NCBI RefSeq assembly: GCF_001194135.2 | Contig: NC_068984.1 | Location: 120,033,879-120,097,878 of the forward strand | Source of the DNA: Octopus bimaculoides | Lineage: Eukaryota | Reading direction: 5' to 3' | DNA length: 64,000 bases | Part shown: in pieces, positions 24,467 through 37,039 of the stretch | Numbering within the stretch: the stretch's first letter is position 1 | How the letters are laid out: each line of letters opens with the position of its first letter | Notes under the pieces: generated by a model | The model's input: only the letters and a program-made list of their open reading frames with translations | Database searches by the model: none | Told to the model about the DNA's origin: nothing | Translations under genes and position numbers: made by a program

Positions 24467-26929
24467 TTTATACACACAATGGGCTTCCGTACAATTTCTA
24501 TCTACCAAATAACTTCACTCAAAAAGCATTGGTCAACCCAAGGCTTTTGTAGAAGACATTGGCTCAAGTTGCTGCACAGTGGGACTGAACCCAAATCCAC
24601 ATAATTGTCAAGTGAGCTTCTCAACCACAGTCATGTTTTCACCTAATATATACCTAATCTTAAGAATTTATAACTTTATTTCTAAATCTACTAATCACTA
24701 AGTTACTGTTTCATGGGATAATAATAATAAAAAAAATAGCTACATAGAAACATGAAGTATAAGAAACCATCCAAGCAACAACTCATCTTATATAGTTGGT
24801 TGCATCTTGATTTGTGTTTTCAGCTTGATTAATAATCCTGTTTTGCAGACAATAAGGTATTAAAAAAAGTTGTGCACAGTAGTTTGTTTTTCTTTCATCT
24901 TTAGATCTCTTTTTATTTCATTATACTATTTACAGTTGGATGTTCTTGAGACTTTAGATATTCTAAGAGCAGATTTTTATGACTGGGTACCTGTTTATTG
25001 TCTGTTACCAAATAACAAACTATTTTTTTCTTTTTGTTAATCTAAAGTAAAAAATGAATTTTTAATTTTTTTCTAATGGCTTGGTTTGGAAGAAAATGCT
25101 ATGCCCATAGTCTTTTTAGGTTTTCCACTGCAAAAAATATGGAAAACTAAAAGAAAAAGAACAATATACTTAAAACAAAATTCAATGCTTCTAATAGAGT
25201 TAGCACTTTTATAAATCCATATCCTTTCATCTAAATTATTGGCGATAAATATTTCGTAAATTCACACAAGAGATATTTCTGAAGAGAGATGGTCATTTAT
25301 TCAATCTTCACTTTAGTTTTTATTCATATCATTTTTAGATTATCACACCAAGAATCTTGCAAAAAAATGCATGCCTATGTGGTAAGAAGCTTGCTTCCCA
25401 ACCACATGGTTCTGGGTTCAGTCCCACTGCATGGCACCTTGGGCAAGTATCTCCTACTATAACCTGGGACTGACCAAAGTCTTATGAGTGGATTTGGTAG
25501 ATGGAAAATGAAAGAACCCTGTTGTATATATATATTTATGCATATGTGTCTTTGTGTCTGTCATCCCACCATTACTTAACAACTGATAGTGGTATGCTTA
25601 TGTCCTTGTAACTCAGTGGTTTGGTAAAGCGACCAATAGAGTAAGTGCTAGGCTTACAAAGAATAAGTCCTGGGGTCGGTTTCTTTGAATAAAATCCTTT
25701 TAGGTGGTGCTCCAGTATGGCTGCAGTCAAATGACTGAAGGCCTGTAAAAGAATAAAAGATATTTCTAAAATTTTACATATGTTTCAATTAATATATATT
25801 ATGTTATTGTGGGCAGACTCTCTCATCACTTCATCATATTAGAGCTTAACACATAGGTGCAAGTGTTCTTAGTTAAAAGACCAAAGTGTGATGGTGTTAG
25901 TGCTAGTGTCTTGGTTTGTTGAAGAACCTGAGTTCTGTTTTCTGTGCTGGCATAGGTAGGAGGGTTCGACTAGTCTGAAGACTGCTCCAAGCTTTACTGC
26001 CTATTTTGGCATGATTTCCAAAGGTTGGATGCCCTTCGCTAATGCCAACCACTTTACAAAGTAAACTGTGTGCATTTTATGTGGCACGAGGACAAGTGAG
26101 GTCACCAAGTAACTTGCAGGATGAAACACCCCCAAATGGAGGGAAGTAGTATTAAGGGACTGAAAAGACAGACATGGCTACCTCAAATGGGGAGGGAGAA
26201 TCAGAGAGAGAGAGAGAGTGGGGAGAACAAGATGGTGAAGGTGTGATTGGAAGGGGACAAGGGCCATACACCCAAGTTACAAGGAGGTGTATATGGTGAA
26301 GTGGACTGGGGATTGGTAAGGGTGAGTGGGTGGCTGATTTCTGAAGATTTCAAGAGAAAAGTGGGAGCTAGTGGGAGTAATGTATTGATTAGTCCAGCTA
26401 GAGGGAGGAGATATTAGGAGGATGTGTTGTGGGGGAAGAGAATCATCAGGGACATATTATGTGTAGATAGGTAGGTATGTGATGGAGAATGGAGAAGTAT
26501 GTGAAGGGGTATGCGTGTCTGATCGGATCAACTGGGACCCTTGTAGTCATAAGTGACAGAGTGCTAAAACAGCAGAAAATTTGTGAAATGCCTATTTATA
26601 TTCACAAGGTCTATTTGAGGTAAACAGTAAGCATCACAAAGCATGATATCATATTAATACTCACAAATGTTCAAAATGTCTTCGATAATGGAAACAATGA
26701 ATCAGAAAGCACCTATCATGCAGTTTATTGATGATCTAATTAACCCTTAAAGTGCTGGGATTTGCACTTACATAGCATGGACTGCTGAGCACATTTAATG
26801 AAAATGAGACTACCATGCACACATAAAAATATAGTTCAAATATCTTCTTAGTATATAATGGTGGCAAGTTTTACATCATCGGAAAAGTCATTAGTTGAAC
26901 TATTAGTCTTCTTGCATTCTGGGGGGAGG

Positions 26930-27117
26930 GGTATCGGAGCATTTGAGTGACATAAGACCCCAACAAACGCCCATAAATTAAATGCTTCTATCTGGGCCAC
27001 GATTGTGGCCTGTTGACCTGTGCCTGACGGGCATGATCATGGCCTGTCGCGCTTTATGTGTTAATGCTTGTTAGTTTTACCTTCAAATTTTCTGCTTTTC
27101 TAGCAGCCACCCTGTAT
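26930..27117. mobile_element. Small Tc1/mariner terminal remnant
   Basis: Ends in cagccaccctgta (TACAGGGTG-type TIR); degenerate internal sequence. Confidence 0.45.
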
Positions 27118-28570
27118 ATACAATGAGTTTCCACACAATTTCTCTCTATCAAATCCACTAAGAAGTCTTCAGTCTACCTGGGACTACATTTGTCTAAGGT
27201 ACCATGTAGTAGGACTGAATCTAAAACCACGTGGTTGTGAAACAAATTTATAATTCAAGAATTTCCATTTGAAGCAATCTGATTTTATCTCTGTTTCTAT
27301 TAAAAAAAGAAAATGCTATTGTCACACTTTACCTTGTCTTCTCTTCTAAAAGTTCTCACCAGTTAATATCAATGAGAAATGTCCATTCCTCTAAGTGAAA
27401 CTCTGTAGAAACCTAATAAATGAGTAAAGTATTGTCATTCCAAATGATATTGCCCTATAAGGACGCAGTTCAATTCCTCTCATTTAAACGGGATGACATC
27501 CCTTGTCTGACTAAGTTCTGGCAGGTTTTTCTTATCAACCTTCATTTATTATTGAAACTCATTAAGAAGCAAAGATGTCAAGTGATATCCTCAGTCTAAC
27601 AATGTACACATATCAATGTGTCCCATGCTCAACAATAAACTTTTTCTGATAAATTTTGTTCTTATCAACATTCTTCTGTCAGTTATGTACACACACACAC
27701 ACACACACACACATTTTACTCTCTCTCACATGCACACTCACACACACACATATTCTCTCTTTCTCTCACTCACACGCACATGCATACATTCAGGCTTCCA
27801 TGCACGCATGAATGCATGTAAGCACACACACACATGCACACTCACATACACACATACACTTTCTCTCTCTCTCTTACACACACACATACACACATGCATG
27901 CATTCAGCCCTCCATGCACACATGAATATCTGCATGCATGTATGCACACACATGCACAAACACACACTTTCTCTCTCTCTCACACAAACACACACATGCA
28001 TGCATACACACACACTAGTCCCTTCAACAGTAGATTCTAGAATTCATTTAGAATTCAATACCATTTGCCAGTAATTAATCTATGCAGGTCAACAGGGCAA
28101 AAGTATCAATATAAATTACTCATTCTAAGGGTTATTCTAGTTTAACCCTTTCAGGCCTATATTTCTAATGTGAACATCAATGTGTTTTAATCAATTCTCA
28201 ATATAATGAGAGGTTTCAGAGGGATTTAGTAAATAACTGTGATTTATATACTGATATATTATAGATGCAAGCTTGGCTGAGTGGTTAAGAAGCTTGCTTC
28301 CCAACCATGTAGTCTTGGGTTCAATCCCACTGTGCAGCAACTTGGGAAGGTCTCTTCAATTATTGCCCTGGGCTGATCAAAGCCTTGTGAGTGGATTTGG
28401 TAGACAGAAACTGAAAGGAACCTATTGTTTATATATAGGCACAGGAGTGGCTGTGTGGTAAAAAAGCTTGCTTCCCAACTACACGGTTCCAGGTTCAGTC
28501 CTAAGGCATGGCATCTTGGGTAGGTGTCTTCTACTAAGGCATCGGGCTGACCAAAGCCTATATATATATA

Positions 28571-30225
28571 TCAGATTTAGGGAAATAAAGTAAGTTAATT
28601 TTAGACAAATATATTAATGAACTAAATTACCTGAAACTCTGGACTAGCACTAATAATACTTTAAAATGGTTTAAAGACATTAAAGGCAGTAGTAGTTACA
28701 AATATATATCCAAATAGACATAGAGGATTATTATTCATCTATTAATGAAATAGTGCTTAATAAGGCCTTAATATATGCTATGAATAAGGTGGGAATGACT
28801 AAAGAGGAAGTTAAGGTAGTAAAAATGGCGAGAAAATTGTTTATTAGGTACAATAATAAATTATGGGCCAGAAAGGATACCAGGAATTTTTTTGATATCC
28901 CTATGGGAGCACCGGATTCTGCTCAGGTTAGAGACCTAGTAGGAATTTATTTATTAGCAGAACACCAATTAGAAAATCTTAAATTAGAGGGTGGATTATA
29001 CAGAGATGACCTCCTGCTAATAACGAAAAATAGCACGAATTGAACTTTAGAAATATATAAGAAGAAAATATACAGTTTCTTTAAAAGAAATGGGCTTAGG
29101 ATTACAATTTATAACGAATATAGCAATGTCAACTACTTAGATGTAAATTTCAACTTAATAACAGGTATAGCCCGACCTTACCATAAAATTAACGAAAACC
29201 TGAAATATATTAACGCTAAGAGTAACCATCCACCTTCTATTAAGAAAGCATTAGTTAATAATATAGGGAAAAGAATTTCAGTACTTTCTTCCAACTATGA
29301 GATATTCAATAAACATGCATCATATTATAATGAAGCGCTTCATAAGGCGGGATATAATCATAATATTCAATTTTTCAACAATTCTAAATATAATTATAAT
29401 TTAAAAGATAACTTAAATGATGAATACACCTTCTATTATAATAAACACAGTATTCAGGATCACCTAAAACCAGAGATAGGTAGTAATATGAACAAAAAAC
29501 CTCATAGTAATAATAATAATAAGAAGAATAAAATATGGCTAATAATTCCCGATAGGATACAGGTAAAAACTAACATTATTAAAGAGATTTTTAAAACAAT
29601 TAAGATATTTATTAAAGACAACAAGAAATATAAGGACACATTTTCTAGCAATAATTTTGGAGTTGGTTACTCTACCACTAATAATGTTGGCAATATCATT
29701 TCATCCTTTAATAAATTCAAATTAAATAAATTTTACAATAATAAATGAAGTAATACCTCCACTGGAGTCCAAAATATAATTGATTGTAATTGTAGAGATA
29801 AGACTAAATGTAAATTTAATAATAGATGTAACGTTGAGGACGTAGTATATAAATGTATAATGATTTTGAAGGATAATAACTGTAGTAATAATGACAACAT
29901 AAATACTACTTACATTAGATCGACTTCCAATAAGATTAAATCCCGGGTGGCCCAACATATGAATTCTTTTAAGAACAGAATTTTTATGAACTCTACGGAC
30001 CTTAGTAGATACATTTGGGAACTTAAATCTAAAAGAATAGAATACGAGTTAAAATGGGAAATAGTTTGCAAGGCTAAATCATATAGGATAGGGAATAAAT
30101 TCTGCTTATTATGTACTAACGAATTTGAAGAGATATTATTAGCTAATAAAAAATTATTTGACTCCCACGATGAACGTAATATTAAATGCAGACATAAATT
30201 AAATTACTTAAATAAGTTTAGATAA
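28571..30225 (+). mobile_element. Penelope-like retroelement, 5'-truncated RT + GIY-YIG ORF (pseudogenised)
   Basis: IQIDIEDYYSSI (RT motif A), DIPMGAPDSAQVRDLVGIYLL, GLYRDD, NYLDVNF, SNHPP, then CNC...KC...C...VVYK, YIRST, LSRYIWELK, C..C, CRH. 28753-30225 lies in one frame with only two TGA stops (29041, 29746); one frameshift near 28710. Confidence 0.92.
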
Positions 30226-30229
30226 CTAA

Positions 30230-31083
30230 CTTATTTACTTAAACCTAGGATTAGGTACCAACTTATAGTTATGATCAGTAGCGTAAGGTACATCAAATTA
30301 GCTTTAGAATACACTTTAATCATCTCAATGTTATACAAATTGGGACATATAACTATCTTTACTTTAAGTATTCATCGATAACATGAGCAGTCTTTTACAA
30401 AGTTTCATAACATTTTTTAAGTAATACATAACTTTCGTATTTGGTATAGTTATTATTTTGTGTAAATCTGAGAGTTTTAAGTATTTTAGTATTATTAATC
30501 TTCAATAAACTTTTTATTTTAGGTAGGTTTTTCTTTTTCGATATTTTCGTTATTATTTTAGTAATTATAATACATATTTACCTCTGGTAATGGACGCCGT
30601 GTTTATCACGTGACTTTTCAGTATTAATTTTCATAGCATTATTTTCGTAGTATAGAATTTTCGTATGTGTGTAGTTATTACTCTGCGTTAATTTGCTAGT
30701 TTAAGTATTTTAGTATTTTTATTTCTCAAGAATCTTTTTATTTTAGGTAGATTGTCTTTTTCGATATTTTCGTTATTATTTTAGAAATTATAATACGCAT
30801 GTGCTTCTGGGTAATAGACGCCATATTTATCACGTGACCTTTTAGTATCAATTCTATAACACAGTCATGTTTTCTTATTTTAATCTTAATTTTATAAACA
30901 ATATTGACATTCGTCTTTTAGTAACTTTATACACTAACACATTGTTTTACTATTATCTACTTATTCCATAATGTTTTAACCTTGTTTACTATAATACTCT
31001 TTTTCAATATTTTTAGATTGTAACTTTTAATAATTATATTAATACCGTTAATGTAGGGATTAGTTTACAGATTTTGCCTCTTT
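30230..31083 (+). repeat. Putative PLE 3' pLTR region with internal ~223-bp tandem duplication
   Basis: ttttcgatattttcgttattattttag...gacgcc.t.tttatcacgtgac occurs at about 30535-30615 and 30758-30838. Confidence 0.65.
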
Positions 31084-31132
31084 ATGTATATATATATATA
31101 TGTAGATATATATATATATATATGTAGATATA

Positions 31133-31497
31133 NNNNNNNNNNNNNNNNNNNNNNNNNNNNNNNNNNNNNNNNNNNNNNNNNNNNNNNNNNNNNNNNNNNN
31201 NNNNNNNNNNNNNNNNNNNNNNNNNNNNNNNNNNNNNNNNNNNNNNNNNNNNNNNNNNNNNNNNNNNNNNNNNNNNNNNNNNNNNNNNNNNNNNNNNNNN
31301 NNNNNNNNNNNNNNNNNNNNNNNNNNNNNNNNNNNNNNNNNNNNNNNNNNNNNNNNNNNNNNNNNNNNNNNNNNNNNNNNNNNNNNNNNNNNNNNNNNNN
31401 NNNNNNNNNNNNNNNNNNNNNNNNNNNNNNNNNNNNNNNNNNNNNNNNNNNNNNNNNNNNNNNNNNNNNNNNNNNNNNNNNNNNNNNNNNNNNNNNN
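31133..31497. other. Assembly gap (365 N)
   Basis: N run. Confidence 0.99.
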
Positions 31498-32110
31498 TGT
31501 AACTGAAATGAATTTCTTTTATTTAACAGAAGTCAATTTCTTTTATGTAACTGAAGTCAATTTTTTGTTAATTAACCGAAGCCAGTGTCTTTTATGTAAC
31601 CTAAGTTTCTTTTATTTAAGCAAAGTTAATTCCTTGTATTTAATTGAAGCCAATTTCATTTATTTAACCAATTTTCTTTTATTTAACTGAAGTCAATTTC
31701 TTTTATTTAACCAAAGCCAGTTTCTTTTACTTAACAGAAGTCAATTTCTTTTATGTAACCGAAGTTAATTTCTTTTATTTAACTGTAGTCAATTTGTTTT
31801 ATTTGACCGGAGTCAATTCCTTTTTTTTACTGCATTAAAATTCTTTTATTTAACCAAAGTCAATTTCTTTTATTTAACTGAAATGAATATCTCTTATGTA
31901 ACTGTAATCAATTTGTTTTGTTTATCCGGAGTCATTTTGTTTTTTACTGAAGTCAAATTCTTTTATGTAACAAAGTCAATTTCTTTTATCTAACCAAAGT
32001 CCCCTTCTTTTATGTTATCGAAGTCAGTTTCTTTTATTCAGCCGAAGTCAGTTTTTTTTTTATTTAATTGATGTTAGTTTCTTTTATTGTACCGATGTCA
32101 ATTTCCTTTA
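31498..32110. repeat. 24-bp minisatellite array (about 25 units visible)
   Basis: Unit close to AATTTCTTTTATTTAACTGAAGTC repeated head to tail; starts at the gap edge. Confidence 0.9.
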
Positions 32111-32594
32111 ATTAATTTCATGCTTACTTCCTATCCCCACTCTGTCAACATCTTCATTAATGCTTGGACCTACTCATTAATACTATTTAAATTCAATTTA
32201 ATTTAATTTTTGCTTACCCCATATTTCATTTTGTTTTCACTCAGTGATATATATATGTATATATTATGTGTGTTTGAGAGTATGCATATTTTTTCTCCTT
32301 GTCTTGAGTCCATGTAATGTAAACGTATCGAACATTGTATGAAAAATTTTCTGACCATAAGAAAAGACCTTGCTTGGAAAAAAGGTAAGGGTTGGTAACA
32401 GGAAGGGCATGCAGTCATAGAAAATCTGCTTCAATAAAGTTCATCTAACTCATGCATGTATGGAAAAGCAGATGTTAAAATGATGACATTATGCTGGCAT
32501 TCACAAACCAGACACTTAGTGTCATTTATTTTATAACTAGATTTTCATTGCAATTAAAATTTAAACATTAATGCTTTAGTAAAAAAAGCCTCAT

Positions 32595-33040
32595 GTGGGT
32601 TAATACTGATTTCAAATTTTTGGCTGAAGGCCAGCAATTTCGTAGAAGGGGTAAGTTGATTACATATGCTTCAGTGCTCAATAGGTACTTATTGATCCTC
32701 AAAGGATGAGAGGTAAAATTAACCTCAGTGGAATTTGAACTCAGAACGTGAAGACATGAAATACCACTTAGCATTTTGTTCATCATGCTAATAATTCTGC
32801 CAGCTTGCCACCCTATATATATTGGTTTCAAATTTTGGCACAAGGCCAGCAATTTATATATATATGCAGACACAAGGTCAGCCACTTTGGAGAAGGGTGT
32901 AAGTTGATTAAGTTGATCCCTGTGTTCAACTGGTATTTATTTTATCAACCCTTAAAAGATGAAAGGCAAAGTTGACCTTGGCAGAATTTGAACTCAAAAT
33001 GTAAAACCGATGAAATGCTGCTAAGCATTTCACCCAGCAC
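32595..33040 (-). mobile_element. Two tandem family A SINE copies
   Basis: Two aatttgaactca(g/a)aa B-box complements and two caaattttgg...aggccagcaattt tails. Confidence 0.7.
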
Positions 33041-34214
33041 TTAGGCTGTTGTACCTGCATGCCACCTCCAAGTGAGTTAATATTAGACAGATTAAACTAC
33101 CTCTGCGTCTAAAAACCAGCACGGTCAAAATGTATAAACATACATGCCAGTGATATATAAAAAGCACCCAGCACACTTAAGTAGTTGGCGTCAGTAAGGG
33201 CATCCAGCCTTAGAAACCATACTACAACAGACAATTGGAGTCTGAACAGCACCCTGCAGGCCAGCTACATGTCAATTGGTCCAACCCATGCCAGCATGGA
33301 GAGCAGACACTAAATGATGATGATGATACTTGTACAGACTATGCAGTGATCATCATTTTTTAATGTCTACTTGTTCATGAATCAGACAGAATTTTCTGAG
33401 GCAGATCAAATTTTCTACAGCTGAATGCCCTTCCTGCTGTCAACCCTCTTTTATTTCCAAGCAAGGTAATGTTTCCCTATGACCAGACATGTTTTCATGG
33501 AAGATTGGAAATGAATAACACTACAGGGGGAACATCTATTTACAACTGTCATGAGCAGGTACACACACACATGCTCACATACACACGTGTGCGCGCACAC
33601 ACACATTCGCTTATGTATGCACCCACACACACATCTATATCTTCAACTAAATCTAGTCAAAAGGCTTTGGTAGGCTTGTTGCTATAATAAAAGCCATTTG
33701 TGTAAATGCCATGCGATGAGATTGAACTCAAACCCATGTGGTTGGGAAGCAGACATCTTGACGCAGTCTTACCTGCACCTACATATCTCCTAATATAATA
33801 ATGAGCATTGTGCTTTTTTAGATCATTTCTAATTATATATATGTATATGCCCAAAATCACGCTGTTGGTGGTAGTCAGAGAAAGAGTAGTATAAGTGAAG
33901 GGAGAGGAGAGAAAATAGTAATTCAGTGAAGGAGAAGTAGTCAGAGTAATAGCCATGACTGAGAGGGAGTGAGTGACAGTAATAGCAATGAGAGAGGAAG
34001 TGGAAAAGAGAGCATCGCTTACAAAGGCTTTTAATTTCACAGGCAAAATGCTTTGTTTACATTTTACGAAGATCATTTTCTCTAATATTTCGGCTCCAAT
34101 GTGTGTGTGTATATTTATAGATTTATAGTATATAGTGTTTGTTATTGGTTCAGTCCATAACTTATTTACAGTATATAGTGTTTGTTATCCATTCACTGAT
34201 ACTCTTTCTTCTGC

Positions 34215-34680
34215 TATGGAGAATGAAACAGACGGAAGGTGACTGTTAGCCAGAGATAAAGACGAAGAACAGCCAGTCTCACTCAGGAAGAACTGGACAC
34301 AAGAAGATTAAAAAATATATTATTAAATCAACCACAAGAAATGAGACAAGAATAAGAGCACAAGATACAAGATGACAGGCTCGAAGACATCAAAATGAAA
34401 AGGAGAACCTCATTGCACAAAGGAGAGATATCCAAAGACAGAGAGCAGCACAAAAGCACCAACATGAAACAGAACAGCAAGCAGTAGAGAGAAGAGAAAA
34501 TCTAAGAATAAGAGCATGATAAAGGTGCCAAGATGTAACAGAAGAGCAATCAGCACAAAGGAGAGAAATCAAAAGAGAGAACATTGCAAAGGCGCCAAGG
34601 TGAAACAGAAGAACAAGCAACAGAAAGGAGAGAGGGTCTAAGAGGGAGAGACTAAGCCTAGATAATGAAACTGAAAAAGA
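34215..34680 (+). mobile_element. Degenerate STPR-type 23-aa repeat coding fragment, probably a Helitron N-terminus
   Basis: HQNEKENLIAQRRDIQRQRAAQK / HQHETEQQAVERRENLRIRA**R / CQDVTEEQSAQRRE with a 23-aa period; no termini recognised. Confidence 0.55.
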
Positions 34681-35189
34681 AGCAAACTTTATTTTGCATA
34701 TAATTTTCATACTGTCATTTCTGATGGCACAGGTACACTAGTAATATATAATCTCCTTCTTAACTACTCCCATGCACCCCTAAGTAATGTGAGGTAGGAT
34801 TAGTGGCACAAAAAATGTTCAGTACACACCATATAGTGGTTGGTGTTAGGAATATATTACAAAGTCATTTGATTGACTGTTGATTGGACATCCTTACAAT
34901 TTCAGCACATTCCAACAGTGTCAGTTACTCCAGTAGTTCCAGTCATCATTGATGCTACCAACAAATGTCTGAGGTTCTTTTTCCCCCACCTTCTTTCTGT
35001 TATAAACAAGCAAATGAATACATCATAGAACTTCCTATTGCATGTACATCTACAAGAGTGCTAGCATCATAATTCAGTTGAAAGTACCAGGAAATTATAG
35101 CTGGTGATATGTAAGTTTGATTCCCAGTTGGGTAGTTTTGGTTCAGCCATCCCTTGTAAATGTGTTTTCTGGTAATAGTGTGTAGTTTA

Positions 35190-36120
35190 TGGGCAATTCC
35201 ACTCAAAAGGTGACAAAAACTGAAAAATTATAATAAAACTGTGCTACCATGATTTATGTATTTTTGTGTTCCCATAAGCCAATAGGATTTAAAAAAGTAA
35301 AAACAATTTCTGTGGAATTACTGTCATGTGACCAGAGCAGCCATCTTGGATCTAGTGTGGAAAATGGCAATTTGACAGCAAGGACAAAAGGTAGGTATCC
35401 AATTCCATCCTAGAAAAAAATTAATTTTCCATCCTGCAAAAATATATTTTCAGGAAGAACAAGAGTATAATTATAGTTTAGCAGTGTTATTTTTTTTTAA
35501 TATCATCTTGCTTATCAGCAAAAACAGAATTTACTGTGGCCATTAGAATTTGTTGTATCAGTTACATTTTGGCATTATAAGTTTCATCTACAAAATCCTG
35601 ACAAATAATTATTTTAAAACAATGCAACCATTATGATGTACTGCAAGGGGGTGGATTTTTTTCTTATACACACTACTTTATGTTTTCAGTTACATATACC
35701 TGCTTGTGTACTGTTCATGGAAATTTCAACCACATTATGATCAGTATTATAGGGTTCCCACAGTTACCTGCAATGCATGTAAAATGTCTAGATTGTATTA
35801 TTATCTAAGACATTATGTATGTGCTACAATAAGCTTCAAGAAACATTATTTAGAACTTTGTGTTCAAGTGCAGCACATATTTTGAATACATGGTGTGTGT
35901 TTTTACCTTTTGATCAGTTCATGTTCTTGATTGATTAAAATAAAAATGTGGAATACTAACTGATCTGAGTTTCAGTGTTGCATCAGTTACACATTTCTAA
36001 GTGGAAATGTTGCATCAGTGGCATGTACCTGTTGCGCCAGTTACATTTTACCAAAGGCACTACAGCATGTATCAAACAATAGTGTTGGATATGAAAGCAT
36101 GTATAACATCCATACGACTT
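35190..36120. repeat. Dispersed ~900-bp repeat, copy 2
   Basis: Same orientation as and colinear with 5348-6240. Confidence 0.8.
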
Positions 36121-37039
36121 GTGGGCTGTTTTCATTTGATAACCAAAGGCTTCAAGAACATTTCTTCTGAAGTCTAAAGGAGAGAGGAGACCTCACCATC
36201 AGCTTGGATAGATAGAAAGAGAAGAGAAAAAATGTCTGGTTCTCCTACTTTGCTAGAAGAATAGATGAAAAAGAAGTTATGTTCCTGTATTTGTATTCAA
36301 ATTATAAAATCATATTATAAGATCACAAGAATTGCGTTATAGCTTTGAGAAAGCGAGTTAACTTAATTTACTAAAAATATTCCTGCTTCATTTCATCAAT
36401 TGGCATACATGAAATTCTCTGATAAAAGGCAAAAATATCTGATTTCTTTGATTTCTCTTGGTCAGTGATTGGCTGATATTCAAGTTATATCTGTTTAGTA
36501 GAATGTCTTTATAACATCTCAGTCTTGCATTGCCAATATATATGTTGTCTGTCATGATTACATTTCATTTATTTGAGATTTCAGCCGTATTTCTATTGGG
36601 GAGAAATATAATGATTTAATAACATGAGTCTTTAGTTTATAAGCCAGTTTTGGTGTAAGTTTCATTAGTTCTCAAATATAACACACATGGGTTAGTGGAC
36701 AGGATGGGTTGTGCTTCAGGTTTGATTCTTGGATAAGGTGGCATGTTGTGTCTTTGAGAAAGTCACTTCATTTCATGTGACTCCATCTCACTCAAATAAT
36801 AACTCTACTTCAACTGCAAGAGATGAAGTAGAGGGTTGATACAGCAATGAGCTGGTGTCCTGTGGAGTGAGGAGTGGAGAGTTTTGTAATCCCAGTTAGT
36901 TATAGACCATAGAAACTCAGATCTGTTGCTTCAATTTTCGAAGCGCAATGGTTAAAAGACAGTTTCCTGTTTCTTTACACAATTCTTTGCATTTTTATTG
37001 AACTCTGTGACGTTCTTTTGAGCAGTAGGGGTTGGTTTG

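Noticed and set aside
24937-24987. Exon-like LDVLETLDILRADFYDW behind a good acceptor
   Set aside because: Resembles the decayed family D body (gcagatttt...gctggatgcc) and the donor is weak
31084-31506. 140-aa ORF
   Set aside because: Spans the N gap
31498-32110. Possible CRISPR-like array
   Set aside because: Contiguous tandem units without unique spacers, in eukaryotic DNA
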